IMG/VR virus record: IMGVR_UViG_3300031993_000049
Direction: 5' to 3' (one strand)
DNA from: a virus
Taxonomy: Duplodnaviria > Heunggongvirae > Uroviricota > Caudoviricetes
DNA: 13,406 nucleotides
Under the pieces are notes generated by a model. That model had not been told where the DNA came from and ran no database searches. It worked only from the letters and a program-made list of their open reading frames with translations. Positions 1 through 7,703 of the stretch are shown one piece after another (the first letter of the stretch is position 1; every line of letters starts with the position of its first letter). The position numbers and the translations under genes were made by a program.

Positions 1-54
1 TTTAAACGTAAACAACTTCCAATTGTAATTAGTAACGAACTTTATAAAAAATAA
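1..54 (+). CDS. 3' end of an upstream gene (FKRKQLPIVISNELYKK*), partial
   Basis: Frame 1 is open from base 1 to TAA at 52-54, 6 nt before the pncB ATG. Confidence 0.5.
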   Translation, partial: FKRKQLPIVISNELYKK

Positions 55-60
55 AATAGT

Positions 61-1275
61 ATGCGACAAATTGTGACACATTTCACTGACAATGATCTCT
101 ATACATTCACTTGCCAGTATTACATTCTCCAGACGTATCCGCACGCTGAAGTACGATACACGTTCTTTGATCGAAATCACAGGGAATATCCTGAAGGTTT
201 TGCTGCATTGCTTCGTGAGCAAATCGATGGTATGGCAAACGTGGTTATCACCGATGATGAAATAGAATTTATGAAAAGTAAAATCTATTTCTTGCCCGAC
301 TGGTATTACACGTTTCTTAAGGGTTATCGTTTTAATCCTCGTGAAGTAGATGTTACCCAAGACACTAACGGCCATTTGGACATTAAGATCGAGGGTAAGT
401 GGTTCTCAACTATTATGTGGGAAATGCCTATCCTTTCAACTATCTCTGAACTTATGCACGAGATCAATGGAGACCTTGAAAAGGTTGACTATAACGTTGA
501 ATGGAAAAAGGCATATCAAAAGGGGATAAAAGCACTTACTAATGGGCTGTATCTTAGTGATATGGGTACACGTAGACGTTTCTCATTCGAAAACCAACGA
601 AACGTAATCAGTGGATTGGTTGAGGCTTCAAAAAATCTAATGCTCTCAATGGGTAGATTCGTTGGTACATCCAACGTATGGTTTGCCAAGGAGTTCAACA
701 TTACACCAATTGGCACTATGAGCCACCAAATCATTTCTTTCGAGGAATGTGTAAGCGGCATTTTTGAGTGTAACCACAACGTAATGGAGAAATGGAGTAA
801 AGTATATGGTGGCGACCTGGGTATCTATCTGTTCGATTGCTTTGGTTCCAACGTATTCTTTAATAATCTTTCCAAGGATATGGCAAAGATGTTCGACGGA
901 CTTCGTGTAGACAGTGGTGATGAGCGCGAGGAAACCGATAAGATTATTGAGAAGTATAAATCTCTCGGTATTGATCCTAGAACAAAATCAGTGGTATACA
1001 GTAACGCATTGACTATTGACAAGGCTATTGAACTCCATAAGTGGCTTGACCATCGTATGAAAGATAGTTACGGTATTGGCACCCACCTTTGTGCTGATGT
1101 AACCAGTACTGAGACTGGTGAGAAGTTCCCTTATTCCAACATCGTTATCAAACTCACTGGTATGCGTCTTAACGATCGCCGTGAGTGGCACGATTGTGTG
1201 AAACTGTCTTGTGATTCTGGCAAGATGCTTGGAAATACAGAAAAATGTGTATATTTACTAAACCAAATTCAGTAA
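61..1275 (+). CDS. pncB: Nicotinate phosphoribosyltransferase (NAPRTase, E. coli/Bacteroides-type PncB)
   Basis: 404 aa with PncB motifs in order: TDNDLYTFT (cf. TDLYK), DMGTRRRFS (cf. DFGTRRRFS), GTSNV, PIGTMSHQ (phospho-His, cf. GTMAHE), GLRVDSGD, YSNAL, YGIGTHL, NIVIKL, VKLSCDSGK. Confidence 0.93.
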   Translation: MRQIVTHFTDNDLYTFTCQYYILQTYPHAEVRYTFFDRNHREYPEGFAALLREQIDGMANVVITDDEIEFMKSKIYFLPDWYYTFLKGYRFNPREVDVTQDTNGHLDIKIEGKWFSTIMWEMPILSTISELMHEINGDLEKVDYNVEWKKAYQKGIKALTNGLYLSDMGTRRRFSFENQRNVISGLVEASKNLMLSMGRFVGTSNVWFAKEFNITPIGTMSHQIISFEECVSGIFECNHNVMEKWSKVYGGDLGIYLFDCFGSNVFFNNLSKDMAKMFDGLRVDSGDEREETDKIIEKYKSLGIDPRTKSVVYSNALTIDKAIELHKWLDHRMKDSYGIGTHLCADVTSTETGEKFPYSNIVIKLTGMRLNDRREWHDCVKLSCDSGKMLGNTEKCVYLLNQIQ

Positions 1276-1278
1276 AAT

Positions 1279-1461
1279 ATGGCTAGTATTTATGGTGGAA
1301 ATATTACAAAATGTCCACATTGTGGCAAATACATCGAGTATTCTCTTTCTGATGTAACAACTGAGGAAAGAGGATACGGTGTTGCTACTTATGATGGGGA
1401 GACATATATGGCTAATATAATTGCATGCCCCAATTGTGGTAAAAAAATAGAAGTATTTTAA
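1279..1461 (+). CDS. Small Zn-ribbon protein (60 aa)
   Basis: Two CPxCGK knuckles (CPHCGK, CPNCGK); starts 3 nt after the pncB stop. Confidence 0.75.
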   Translation: MASIYGGNITKCPHCGKYIEYSLSDVTTEERGYGVATYDGETYMANIIACPNCGKKIEVF

Positions 1462-1477
1462 AACAAATTAATTATGG
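1459..1477 (+). repeat. 19-bp direct repeat copy 1 (TAAAACAAATTAATTATGG)
   Basis: Identical to 2289-2307; runs from the stop codon of the Zn-ribbon gene to the ATG-G of the next gene. Confidence 0.9.
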
Positions 1478-2301
1478 GAATAACTTATGAAAATCGTTTT
1501 GCTGATGGCAGCGTTTACGTATCAGATGAAAACGGAGAACACAACTTCCTAACTGAAGAAGAATACGAAGCATATAAGTCGGAAAAATTTGATAAACTTC
1601 CGACTATTTGTGATACCTGTATATATCACCTTCAAGCGGATAAGAAGAAATTCAAATGTCCTCTTGGACACGAAGGAGAATGCAAAGGATGTACTTATTA
1701 TTGGAAGAATCCCGAAAATTGGAAAGAATGGTTTAAATACTATAAGACTGGTGTTCTTAGTAGATACTATTACCACAGAGATCAATTTAATCAGAAATTC
1801 AAATTGGGATTTTATCGGTCGTGGAGAAAATTCTTTTTCTATGGACCATCTTTGAAATATCCGTATTTCCAGTTTGTAAAACGTGTTCGTAATGAATATG
1901 AAGATGAGTGTAATGTTTACCAAATTGGATTTATTTCAAAAGAAAATAGTTACTATAAGAAAGCAACGTTTTTTGAAAAGTTCTATTATCCGCATTATCA
2001 TTTTTCTAATGAACATATCAATTATGAATATGCGGTATGTATAGCAGATTACTATGTGACGACATTTAATAACATTAAGACAAATGATTGTATGTTTAAA
2101 TGTCATGCAGGTGAAATCTATCAAGTGAGACCAGTAAGCAAATATAAGTATTACGATATTTTGCGGCCAACAAATGAAAAAGACGAATATGAAATTAAAA
2201 TGAAGGGACAAATCCCAGAAAATGAGTTCAATAAATATTTTAGGTTTCTTAAACCTGGTGAATATTGTGAAATGTTAGAGAAAAAAACTAAAACAAATTA
2301 A
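1474..2301 (+). CDS. Hypothetical protein, 275 aa, Tyr/Lys-rich with an N-terminal Cys cluster
   Basis: Long ORF with ATT-ATG start; CDTC..C...CKGC cluster; no family recognised. Confidence 0.75.
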   Translation: MGITYENRFADGSVYVSDENGEHNFLTEEEYEAYKSEKFDKLPTICDTCIYHLQADKKKFKCPLGHEGECKGCTYYWKNPENWKEWFKYYKTGVLSRYYYHRDQFNQKFKLGFYRSWRKFFFYGPSLKYPYFQFVKRVRNEYEDECNVYQIGFISKENSYYKKATFFEKFYYPHYHFSNEHINYEYAVCIADYYVTTFNNIKTNDCMFKCHAGEIYQVRPVSKYKYYDILRPTNEKDEYEIKMKGQIPENEFNKYFRFLKPGEYCEMLEKKTKTN

Positions 2302-2307
2302 TTATGG
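2289..2307 (+). repeat. 19-bp direct repeat copy 2
   Basis: Identical to 1459-1477; supplies the last codons and stop (K-T-N-TAA) of the 275-aa ORF and the ATG-G of the Nudix gene. Confidence 0.9.
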
Positions 2308-2858
2308 AAGTAAAAGAAAAAAACAAGTTATACAGGGCGTTTGAACCTCAAGACGCAGAGATTAAGGACGGTTGTTATATCGTGCCTGTAGACAAGGTAA
2401 GAAACCTTTATGACGCACGTTATTGTGCTGTTGCAGGCTTTATCTATGCTTATGTGGACAACCAACTTTGTGTTCTTGCAAACAAACGTGGTAAAGGTAC
2501 ACCTGATTTCCAGGGATGCTGGAATTGCCCTTGTGGTTACCTTGAGAGAAGTGAAAGTGGCCAGGAAGGTATTGCTCGTGAGACTTTTGAAGAGTGTGGT
2601 ATAAAACTATTGCCAACCGCATTCAGGGAATTGTATACTCAGACAAACCCTGCTGAATGCAACCATGGTAATGTGACCATCCATTATAAAGCATATTTGG
2701 ATAAACAGGAACAAATTTCACCAGACTTGATTAAATCACTTAACGTGGTTGAAAAAGACGAGGTTGCTGATGTGAAGTGGATCCCGATAAAGGATGTACC
2801 CAAATATAAGTGGGCATTCGGTCACGAAGATAAGATTCTGAAATATTATAATCTATGA
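2304..2858 (+). CDS. Nudix hydrolase, ADP-ribose pyrophosphatase-like
   Basis: Exact Nudix box G-x5-E-x7-RE-x2-EE-x-GI (GYLERSESGQEGIARETFEECGI); upstream KRGKGTPDFQGCWNCPCG and C-terminal WAFGH resemble the R..P..G.WALPGG and LAFDH motifs of ADPRase/NrtR-type Nudix domains. Confidence 0.92.
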   Translation: MEVKEKNKLYRAFEPQDAEIKDGCYIVPVDKVRNLYDARYCAVAGFIYAYVDNQLCVLANKRGKGTPDFQGCWNCPCGYLERSESGQEGIARETFEECGIKLLPTAFRELYTQTNPAECNHGNVTIHYKAYLDKQEQISPDLIKSLNVVEKDEVADVKWIPIKDVPKYKWAFGHEDKILKYYNL

Positions 2859-3814
2859 GAAACGTATTCTTTGATAATCCAGTACTAGATGAGAATGTAG
2901 CGGATCCTACTGTATGGAAGGACGGTGATACATATTATCTGTTCTACACAGGTAATTTCACCAGTCCAATATATACCAGCAAGGATATGGTTCACTGGAC
3001 CAATACTAACCAATGTCCATTTGTACAAGAGACAATTGACCAGTTATGTGATATTGCCAGGGACTATGGTTCCGATCCTGTTATCTACGCACCTACGGTG
3101 GTAAAGAATGATGGACTTTATCTTATGTATATTTCCCTTACCTGGAAATGTATCTGTGTGCTTTGCTCAAGTAACCCGATGGGTCCATTTAGATTCTACA
3201 ATAATTTCCCACACGTACTTGTTGACAAACATATATCTGGTATGGATATCACGTTCGAAGATACTTGTGTAGCCCAGGATACCGACGGACAATGGTATCT
3301 TATGTTCGGTAGCCACGGTAATCTAACCAGGACCAAACTGCACCATTGGGGTCTTAACTTATTAGATAAGAAATTCGATCATGTTGCTGGTTGTCCTAAG
3401 TTATTCCCACGATGGATTTACGAGGGATTATATGCATACTATCGCAATGGATATTGGTATCTGTTTGCCGCAAAAGGTAATTATACATCTGCTAAAGATC
3501 CGTATGAGGTCGTTGTAGGTAGAAGTAAAACGCTTGGTGGTGTATTCAGAAATAAATGGGGATTGAGAATGGATATGGGTTTTGCCACCAATATCTTGAA
3601 ACCAGATTCTACCGATGTCTATTTAGGAGGCGGTCACACGGGCGAAATCTTCACAGATAAAGAAGGTAACGATTACATCTTTTACCAGCGTCAGAGGGCA
3701 AATGAAATGCATTTTCGGCCATTATTCCTGCAGAGGATATACTGGGATAAGAATGGTTGGCCATATTTCAAGGACGGAGTAACACAAATCACTGAAGTGG
3801 CACCAATAATTTAA
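2855..3814 (+). CDS. Glycoside hydrolase family 43 (5-bladed beta-propeller), no signal peptide
   Basis: NPV..ADP (D17), SKDMVHW, YAP, S.NPMGPF, FED (D136), YEG (E190), VVVGRS, GH..I..D, WDKNGWP; ATGA overlap with the Nudix gene. Confidence 0.88.
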   Translation: MRNVFFDNPVLDENVADPTVWKDGDTYYLFYTGNFTSPIYTSKDMVHWTNTNQCPFVQETIDQLCDIARDYGSDPVIYAPTVVKNDGLYLMYISLTWKCICVLCSSNPMGPFRFYNNFPHVLVDKHISGMDITFEDTCVAQDTDGQWYLMFGSHGNLTRTKLHHWGLNLLDKKFDHVAGCPKLFPRWIYEGLYAYYRNGYWYLFAAKGNYTSAKDPYEVVVGRSKTLGGVFRNKWGLRMDMGFATNILKPDSTDVYLGGGHTGEIFTDKEGNDYIFYQRQRANEMHFRPLFLQRIYWDKNGWPYFKDGVTQITEVAPII

Positions 3815-3820
3815 TAAAAC

Positions 3821-3858
3821 TACGGCTTTTAGCAATAAGAGCCGTAATTTTTTTTTTT
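3821..3858 (+). terminator. Intrinsic (rho-independent) terminator
   Basis: 11-bp stem TACGGCTTTTA / TAAGAGCCGTA (one G-U pair), GCAA tetraloop, then A and T11 (3848-3858), 6 nt after the GH43 stop. Confidence 0.88.
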
Positions 3859-3906
3859 GTATAATTATATTATTGAAAATAATAAAGTAAAAAATCATTA
3901 AATTAA

Positions 3907-4353
3907 ATGGGATTAATAAAATGGGAAAAAGGTTCACGTAGTCAAGAACCACGTAAACCGAAAGTAATTTTAAAAGGTGAATTAGTTTATTCATTTGGCA
4001 AGAACGGCCAGGGACTTAGCGATGAGTTACTTAAGATTGGTAATTTGATCAATATGTTATCAAATGAAAATCGTATCTATCTTACAGAGTCATTTGTCGA
4101 TTCACTTGACGATGTGTATGATTTGAAATTTGATATTACACCTAAGGATGAAAACGAGTGGGTGTTTAGACACAATTTCACAACTGGAAAACGAAAAGAC
4201 TTACTAGAAGTAGATGAAGATGATGAAGAACCACTTGATCGTGAATATGATGCATCACAAGATGAAGATCCAGGATGTGTTCCATATAATCCTGCAGAAT
4301 ATAACCCTGTAGAGGATCCAAACATTGGTGCTGCTAATAAAAAAATTAATTAA
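3907..4353 (+). CDS. Hypothetical protein with acidic C-terminal half
   Basis: 148-aa ORF, first gene after the terminator; D/E-rich tail. Confidence 0.75.
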   Translation: MGLIKWEKGSRSQEPRKPKVILKGELVYSFGKNGQGLSDELLKIGNLINMLSNENRIYLTESFVDSLDDVYDLKFDITPKDENEWVFRHNFTTGKRKDLLEVDEDDEEPLDREYDASQDEDPGCVPYNPAEYNPVEDPNIGAANKKIN

Positions 4354-4355
4354 TT

Positions 4356-4667
4356 ATGACTAGAACGTTAAAAAAAGTAATAGAAGACGAATTACATAAA
4401 CCATCACAAAACTGGTTTGATGAAGGTATGCTGGATGCATACATAGGTACAGACTGCAACTTTACAAAAGGTCAAAAAAAAATACTCAACAACGTTTTTG
4501 ACGCAGTAATAAAGGGCATTGAGAATTGGATCTTAACAAACTATGCTGAAGGAATAGAAGAGTGGTTAAAAGAAGAGGTTGTACCATCACTTTTTACACG
4601 CGAAGGTAGAGTTGTGCTAATACCAAACCATGACGAAATGGAAAATAACGAAACAATAGAAGGATAA
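4356..4667 (+). CDS. Hypothetical protein, tandem paralog 1
   Basis: Shares EEWLK.E.VP.LFTREGRVVL.P.HDE.ENNETIE with 4674-4976. Confidence 0.85.
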   Translation: MTRTLKKVIEDELHKPSQNWFDEGMLDAYIGTDCNFTKGQKKILNNVFDAVIKGIENWILTNYAEGIEEWLKEEVVPSLFTREGRVVLIPNHDEMENNETIEG

Positions 4668-4673
4668 TTAATT

Positions 4674-4976
4674 ATGAAATCGTTAAAAGAAAGAATAAGT
4701 GACGAATTATATTGGTCTGAAAAAGGTCCACTTACTGGTTTTAATGACCAGTTTAATCAACAACAAATAGATATTTTAAACACTGTTCTTGAAGCAATAA
4801 TCAGAGGCGTAGAACAATGGGTAACTAATGATTATTCTGTAGCATTAGAAGAATGGTTAAAAAATGAGTTTGTACCTGCGCTCTTTACACGTGAAGGTAG
4901 AGTTGTATTGGTACCAGACCACGACGAAAAAGAAAATAACGAAACAATTGAAAAAGATAAAGATGACGTACACTAA
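4674..4976 (+). CDS. Hypothetical protein, tandem paralog 2
   Basis: Paralog of 4356-4667, with clear DNA similarity in the 3' third. Confidence 0.85.
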   Translation: MKSLKERISDELYWSEKGPLTGFNDQFNQQQIDILNTVLEAIIRGVEQWVTNDYSVALEEWLKNEFVPALFTREGRVVLVPDHDEKENNETIEKDKDDVH

Positions 4977-4977
4977 T

Positions 4978-5121
4978 ATGGATTTTTTTCACCCAAAAAA
5001 AGGCGAAGTTAGACATAATTTTTTTAATAAAAGAAAATTTGTTGATACCTGCCCGAAAGGTGTTATGAAATGGTGGATTAAAATGTTCATTAGATATGGT
5101 AATCCTAATAAAGGTTTATAA
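4978..5121 (+). CDS. Small basic hypothetical protein (47 aa, MDFFHPKKG...)
   Basis: In frame with track ORF 4864-5121; ATG at 4978 lies 1 nt after the previous stop (alternative ATG at 4963). Confidence 0.55.
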   Translation: MDFFHPKKGEVRHNFFNKRKFVDTCPKGVMKWWIKMFIRYGNPNKGL

Positions 5122-5133
5122 TTGATCAAAATT

Positions 5134-5355
5134 ATGGAAGATAAAGTTTTTAAACCAGAAGAACTTGAACAGTTTGTTATTGATCATGTTCAATCAAAAA
5201 TTGATCATCACGAACTTCATCTGTTAGGAATAGACACAGTAAATTTCAATAATAAAAAACGTGAATTAAAAATATATCAAAACGCATTATTTGAAGGTAT
5301 CATTAATGGTATTGCAATGTGTGGTGGTAAAGTAGAAGGAATAGATTATGAGTAA
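5134..5355 (+). CDS. Hypothetical protein (73 aa, MEDKVFKPEE...)
   Basis: ATT-ATG start at 5134 preferred to TTG at 5122; 8-nt overlap with the next gene. Confidence 0.7.
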   Translation: MEDKVFKPEELEQFVIDHVQSKIDHHELHLLGIDTVNFNNKKRELKIYQNALFEGIINGIAMCGGKVEGIDYE

Positions 5356-6463
5356 AAATACTGGAGTAATTAGTATCGGTGTTCGTACGCCGATTATCCG
5401 CGAGGGTGATGACCTTGCAAACATTGTTATTGGTTCCGTGAAGGATGTACTTCGCGAGAATAAAATGAAAATTGAAGACGGTGATATCATTGGTATTACC
5501 GAATCAGTCGTAGCACGTGCCCAGGGCAACTACATCACTGTGGATGATATTGCACAATTCCTGGAGGAAAATGGCTATCATAAAAGTATTATCCTGTACG
5601 GGCCACTTATGTCACGTAATAGATTTTCAATTGTATTGAAAGGTATTGCACGATATGCAGAAAAGATTACTATCGTACTTGATCCTGCTGGTGACGAACA
5701 GGGTAATCCTACATACGGTATTAATCCTTATACCGATATTGACATCCAAAAATATTACACGGAATTGTGTGATAAGGAAGGTTGTGTACTTCGTTTCGTT
5801 CCAAATACCGAAGCACTAATGTACAACCCGAAATTTGAAACATATATCAATGCAAACTGCAGACCCAAAGACATTTATCAGATTCGTACCTTGGCTGATA
5901 TTATGTCAACTCCTGTCATACGTAAAGACGGTACTACATCTGGTTACAACGCAGTATGGGGTGTACTTGGTTCTAACAAGGCAACCGACGAAAAACTGAA
6001 ATTGTTCCCACATCATGGCGATGCCCAGGAACTAGTTGAAGCAATTCAAAAATATTACCTTAAAAGGCACAAAAAGCACGTAGAGGTATTGGTATACGGT
6101 GACGGCTGTTTCAAGTCTCCAGAGGACGAAAATGGCATTGCTATTTGGGAATTTGCTGACCCTGTTACCTGTCCTGCATATACACGCGGTCTTGATGGAC
6201 TTCCAAACGAGATTAAGATTAAGGCATTCGCCGACGATCAGTTCAAGGACCTTAACGGTGAGGAACTTAACGAAGCAATTAAAAAGGAAATCAATGATAA
6301 CAGAAATCATGATCTTCTTGGTAGTATGAACTCCCAGGGTACAACACCTAGACGTTTCACTGACCTGCTTGCTAGTCTTTGTGACCTAATGAGTGGATCG
6401 GGAGATAAGGGGTGTCCAGTTGTGTTAATCAAGCGATATTTTTTAAAATATTGCGATGATTAG
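5348..6463 (+). CDS. CofE-like F420-0:gamma-glutamyl ligase family protein (type seen in gut Clostridia)
   Basis: [81 protein letters not shown] match the F420_ligase fold motifs and the Clostridial subfamily as I recall it. Confidence 0.85.
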   Translation: MSKNTGVISIGVRTPIIREGDDLANIVIGSVKDVLRENKMKIEDGDIIGITESVVARAQGNYITVDDIAQFLEENGYHKSIILYGPLMSRNRFSIVLKGIARYAEKITIVLDPAGDEQGNPTYGINPYTDIDIQKYYTELCDKEGCVLRFVPNTEALMYNPKFETYINANCRPKDIYQIRTLADIMSTPVIRKDGTTSGYNAVWGVLGSNKATDEKLKLFPHHGDAQELVEAIQKYYLKRHKKHVEVLVYGDGCFKSPEDENGIAIWEFADPVTCPAYTRGLDGLPNEIKIKAFADDQFKDLNGEELNEAIKKEINDNRNHDLLGSMNSQGTTPRRFTDLLASLCDLMSGSGDKGCPVVLIKRYFLKYCDD

Positions 6464-6603
6464 AGACAAAAGATAAAATAAAAAAAGAACTTTCTAAAAA
6501 ACACGGAATACAACTTTATTATTATTCCAATTTAGGAATTGATTATCCTTATGAAGTGTATGAAAATATAAATAAAATGTTTAATAAAATTAAAAATTTA
6601 TAA
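6460..6603 (+). pseudogene. Headless C-terminal remnant of a Vsr/DUF559-like (PD-(D/E)XK) phage endonuclease
   Basis: Start-less 47-codon frame [47 protein letters not shown], preceded by in-frame TGA (6457-6459), ending 2 nt before the next ATG; resembles the RDK.K..LC..HGI.L.YYSNLGI.YPY.V tail recalled from gut-phage endonucleases. Confidence 0.55.
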
Positions 6604-6605
6604 AA

Positions 6606-6890
6606 ATGAAAATTAGTTTTAAATTATTCAACAAACGTCAAGAAGTTGAATTAACATTCGAAGAATTTGGTAAATATGTTGCTGCCGCGTATGCTTGCGA
6701 CTATAGTGATGATGTTAAATGTAAAAAGTTCACGGATGAATTTTTGGATAAATATTCAGAAATTCCATTCACATACAATGGTGAAGAATATGGACTTGCT
6801 TTAATCATGTCAGATGATTCACTCGAAATACATAAAAAAAATGATGACGATTTTGAAAAATATAGCAATTTTAATTTAATAAACGAATAA
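6606..6890 (+). CDS. Hypothetical protein (94 aa, acidic)
   Basis: ORF in the operon-like array; TAATG overlap with the next gene. Confidence 0.75.
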   Translation: MKISFKLFNKRQEVELTFEEFGKYVAAAYACDYSDDVKCKKFTDEFLDKYSEIPFTYNGEEYGLALIMSDDSLEIHKKNDDDFEKYSNFNLINE

Positions 6891-7198
6891 TGACAGATGC
6901 GTTTGGAAATGGTTTGTATCTAGGAGACATAGTATTTGTTTTTGGTTCACATAAACCAAATCGTCTTGTTAAGCCAGCATATGTAATACATTTTGGCGAG
7001 AAAATAATGTACGTTATTTGGTGGGATTCTGAAATTCCTGGACAATACCCAACACTTAACTGGGTACCAGAACTTATTGAACAAAAGAAATGGGATGAAT
7101 TATACGAAAGAGCAAAAAAAGACGGAGTGTGTCAAGCAATACTCTTAAACAAAACATCCTCAAAGAATGTAGCAAAAATATACGGATTAAACAAATGA
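6890..7198 (+). CDS. Hypothetical protein (102 aa); N-terminus DAFGNGLYLGDIV suggests an SH3/KOW-like beta-barrel
   Basis: Coupled at both ends (TAATG, ATGA); D..G..L..GD.V pattern is common in small phage barrels. Confidence 0.7.
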   Translation: MTDAFGNGLYLGDIVFVFGSHKPNRLVKPAYVIHFGEKIMYVIWWDSEIPGQYPTLNWVPELIEQKKWDELYERAKKDGVCQAILLNKTSSKNVAKIYGLNK

Positions 7199-7683
7199 CA
7201 CTAGAAGATTTAATAAAAGAAAAGGCGGAGGTTGATGATAAAATTAAAAAGTTGTCTGAGACCTCCAACCAACTTTATCGTGAAATACGAAAATTGGAAA
7301 AGTTAGAAGTAGTAGACTTCCAAAATAAATGTATCAAGATCGGTCATACTGGAGTAATGTATGTAACCAGTCAAAGTCTATATGAGGATAATATTGAGTT
7401 AAAAGGCATATATTTTTACCTGGACGATAAAGATATGAAACGGTTTTTCAATGAATCCTGGCGTTTTCTTGGCCAAGGACATATGAGCCTTAATATCGAC
7501 ATTGATATAGCAACTAAAATACCATTGGAAGAATTTAAAGAAAGAACCACTGGAGATAAAAAAGACATATACGAAATACAATATGTCGATTTTGAAAAAG
7601 ACATAGATGGTATGGCTGAATATTTTAAAGGTAATATGTCCATCTTCAGATGGATAAATGCACAACAAACATTTAGAGATTAA
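7195..7683 (+). CDS. Hypothetical protein (162 aa) with N-terminal coiled coil
   Basis: ATGA overlap fixes the start at 7195 (MTLEDLIKEKAEVDDKIKKL). Confidence 0.75.
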   Translation: MTLEDLIKEKAEVDDKIKKLSETSNQLYREIRKLEKLEVVDFQNKCIKIGHTGVMYVTSQSLYEDNIELKGIYFYLDDKDMKRFFNESWRFLGQGHMSLNIDIDIATKIPLEEFKERTTGDKKDIYEIQYVDFEKDIDGMAEYFKGNMSIFRWINAQQTFRD

Positions 7684-7703
7684 ATAAAATAAAAAATAAA
7701 ATT

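Noticed and set aside
61-1275. Calling this Nampt/NadV (NARP2 component)
   Set aside because: The motifs are PncB-type (GTRRRFS, GTMSH, DSGD..., KLS.D.GK), not the NadV HDFGxRG type.
2304-2858. NrtR transcriptional regulator or NadM-Nudix fusion
   Set aside because: The protein ends right after the Nudix fold; there is no C-terminal winged helix and no N-terminal HxGH nucleotidyltransferase.
3856-3906. Promoter after the terminator (TTTG-TATAAT at 3856-3865)
   Set aside because: The position is plausible, but TATAAT is expected by chance in such AT-rich DNA and there is no properly spaced -35 or Bacteroidota TAnnTTTG element.
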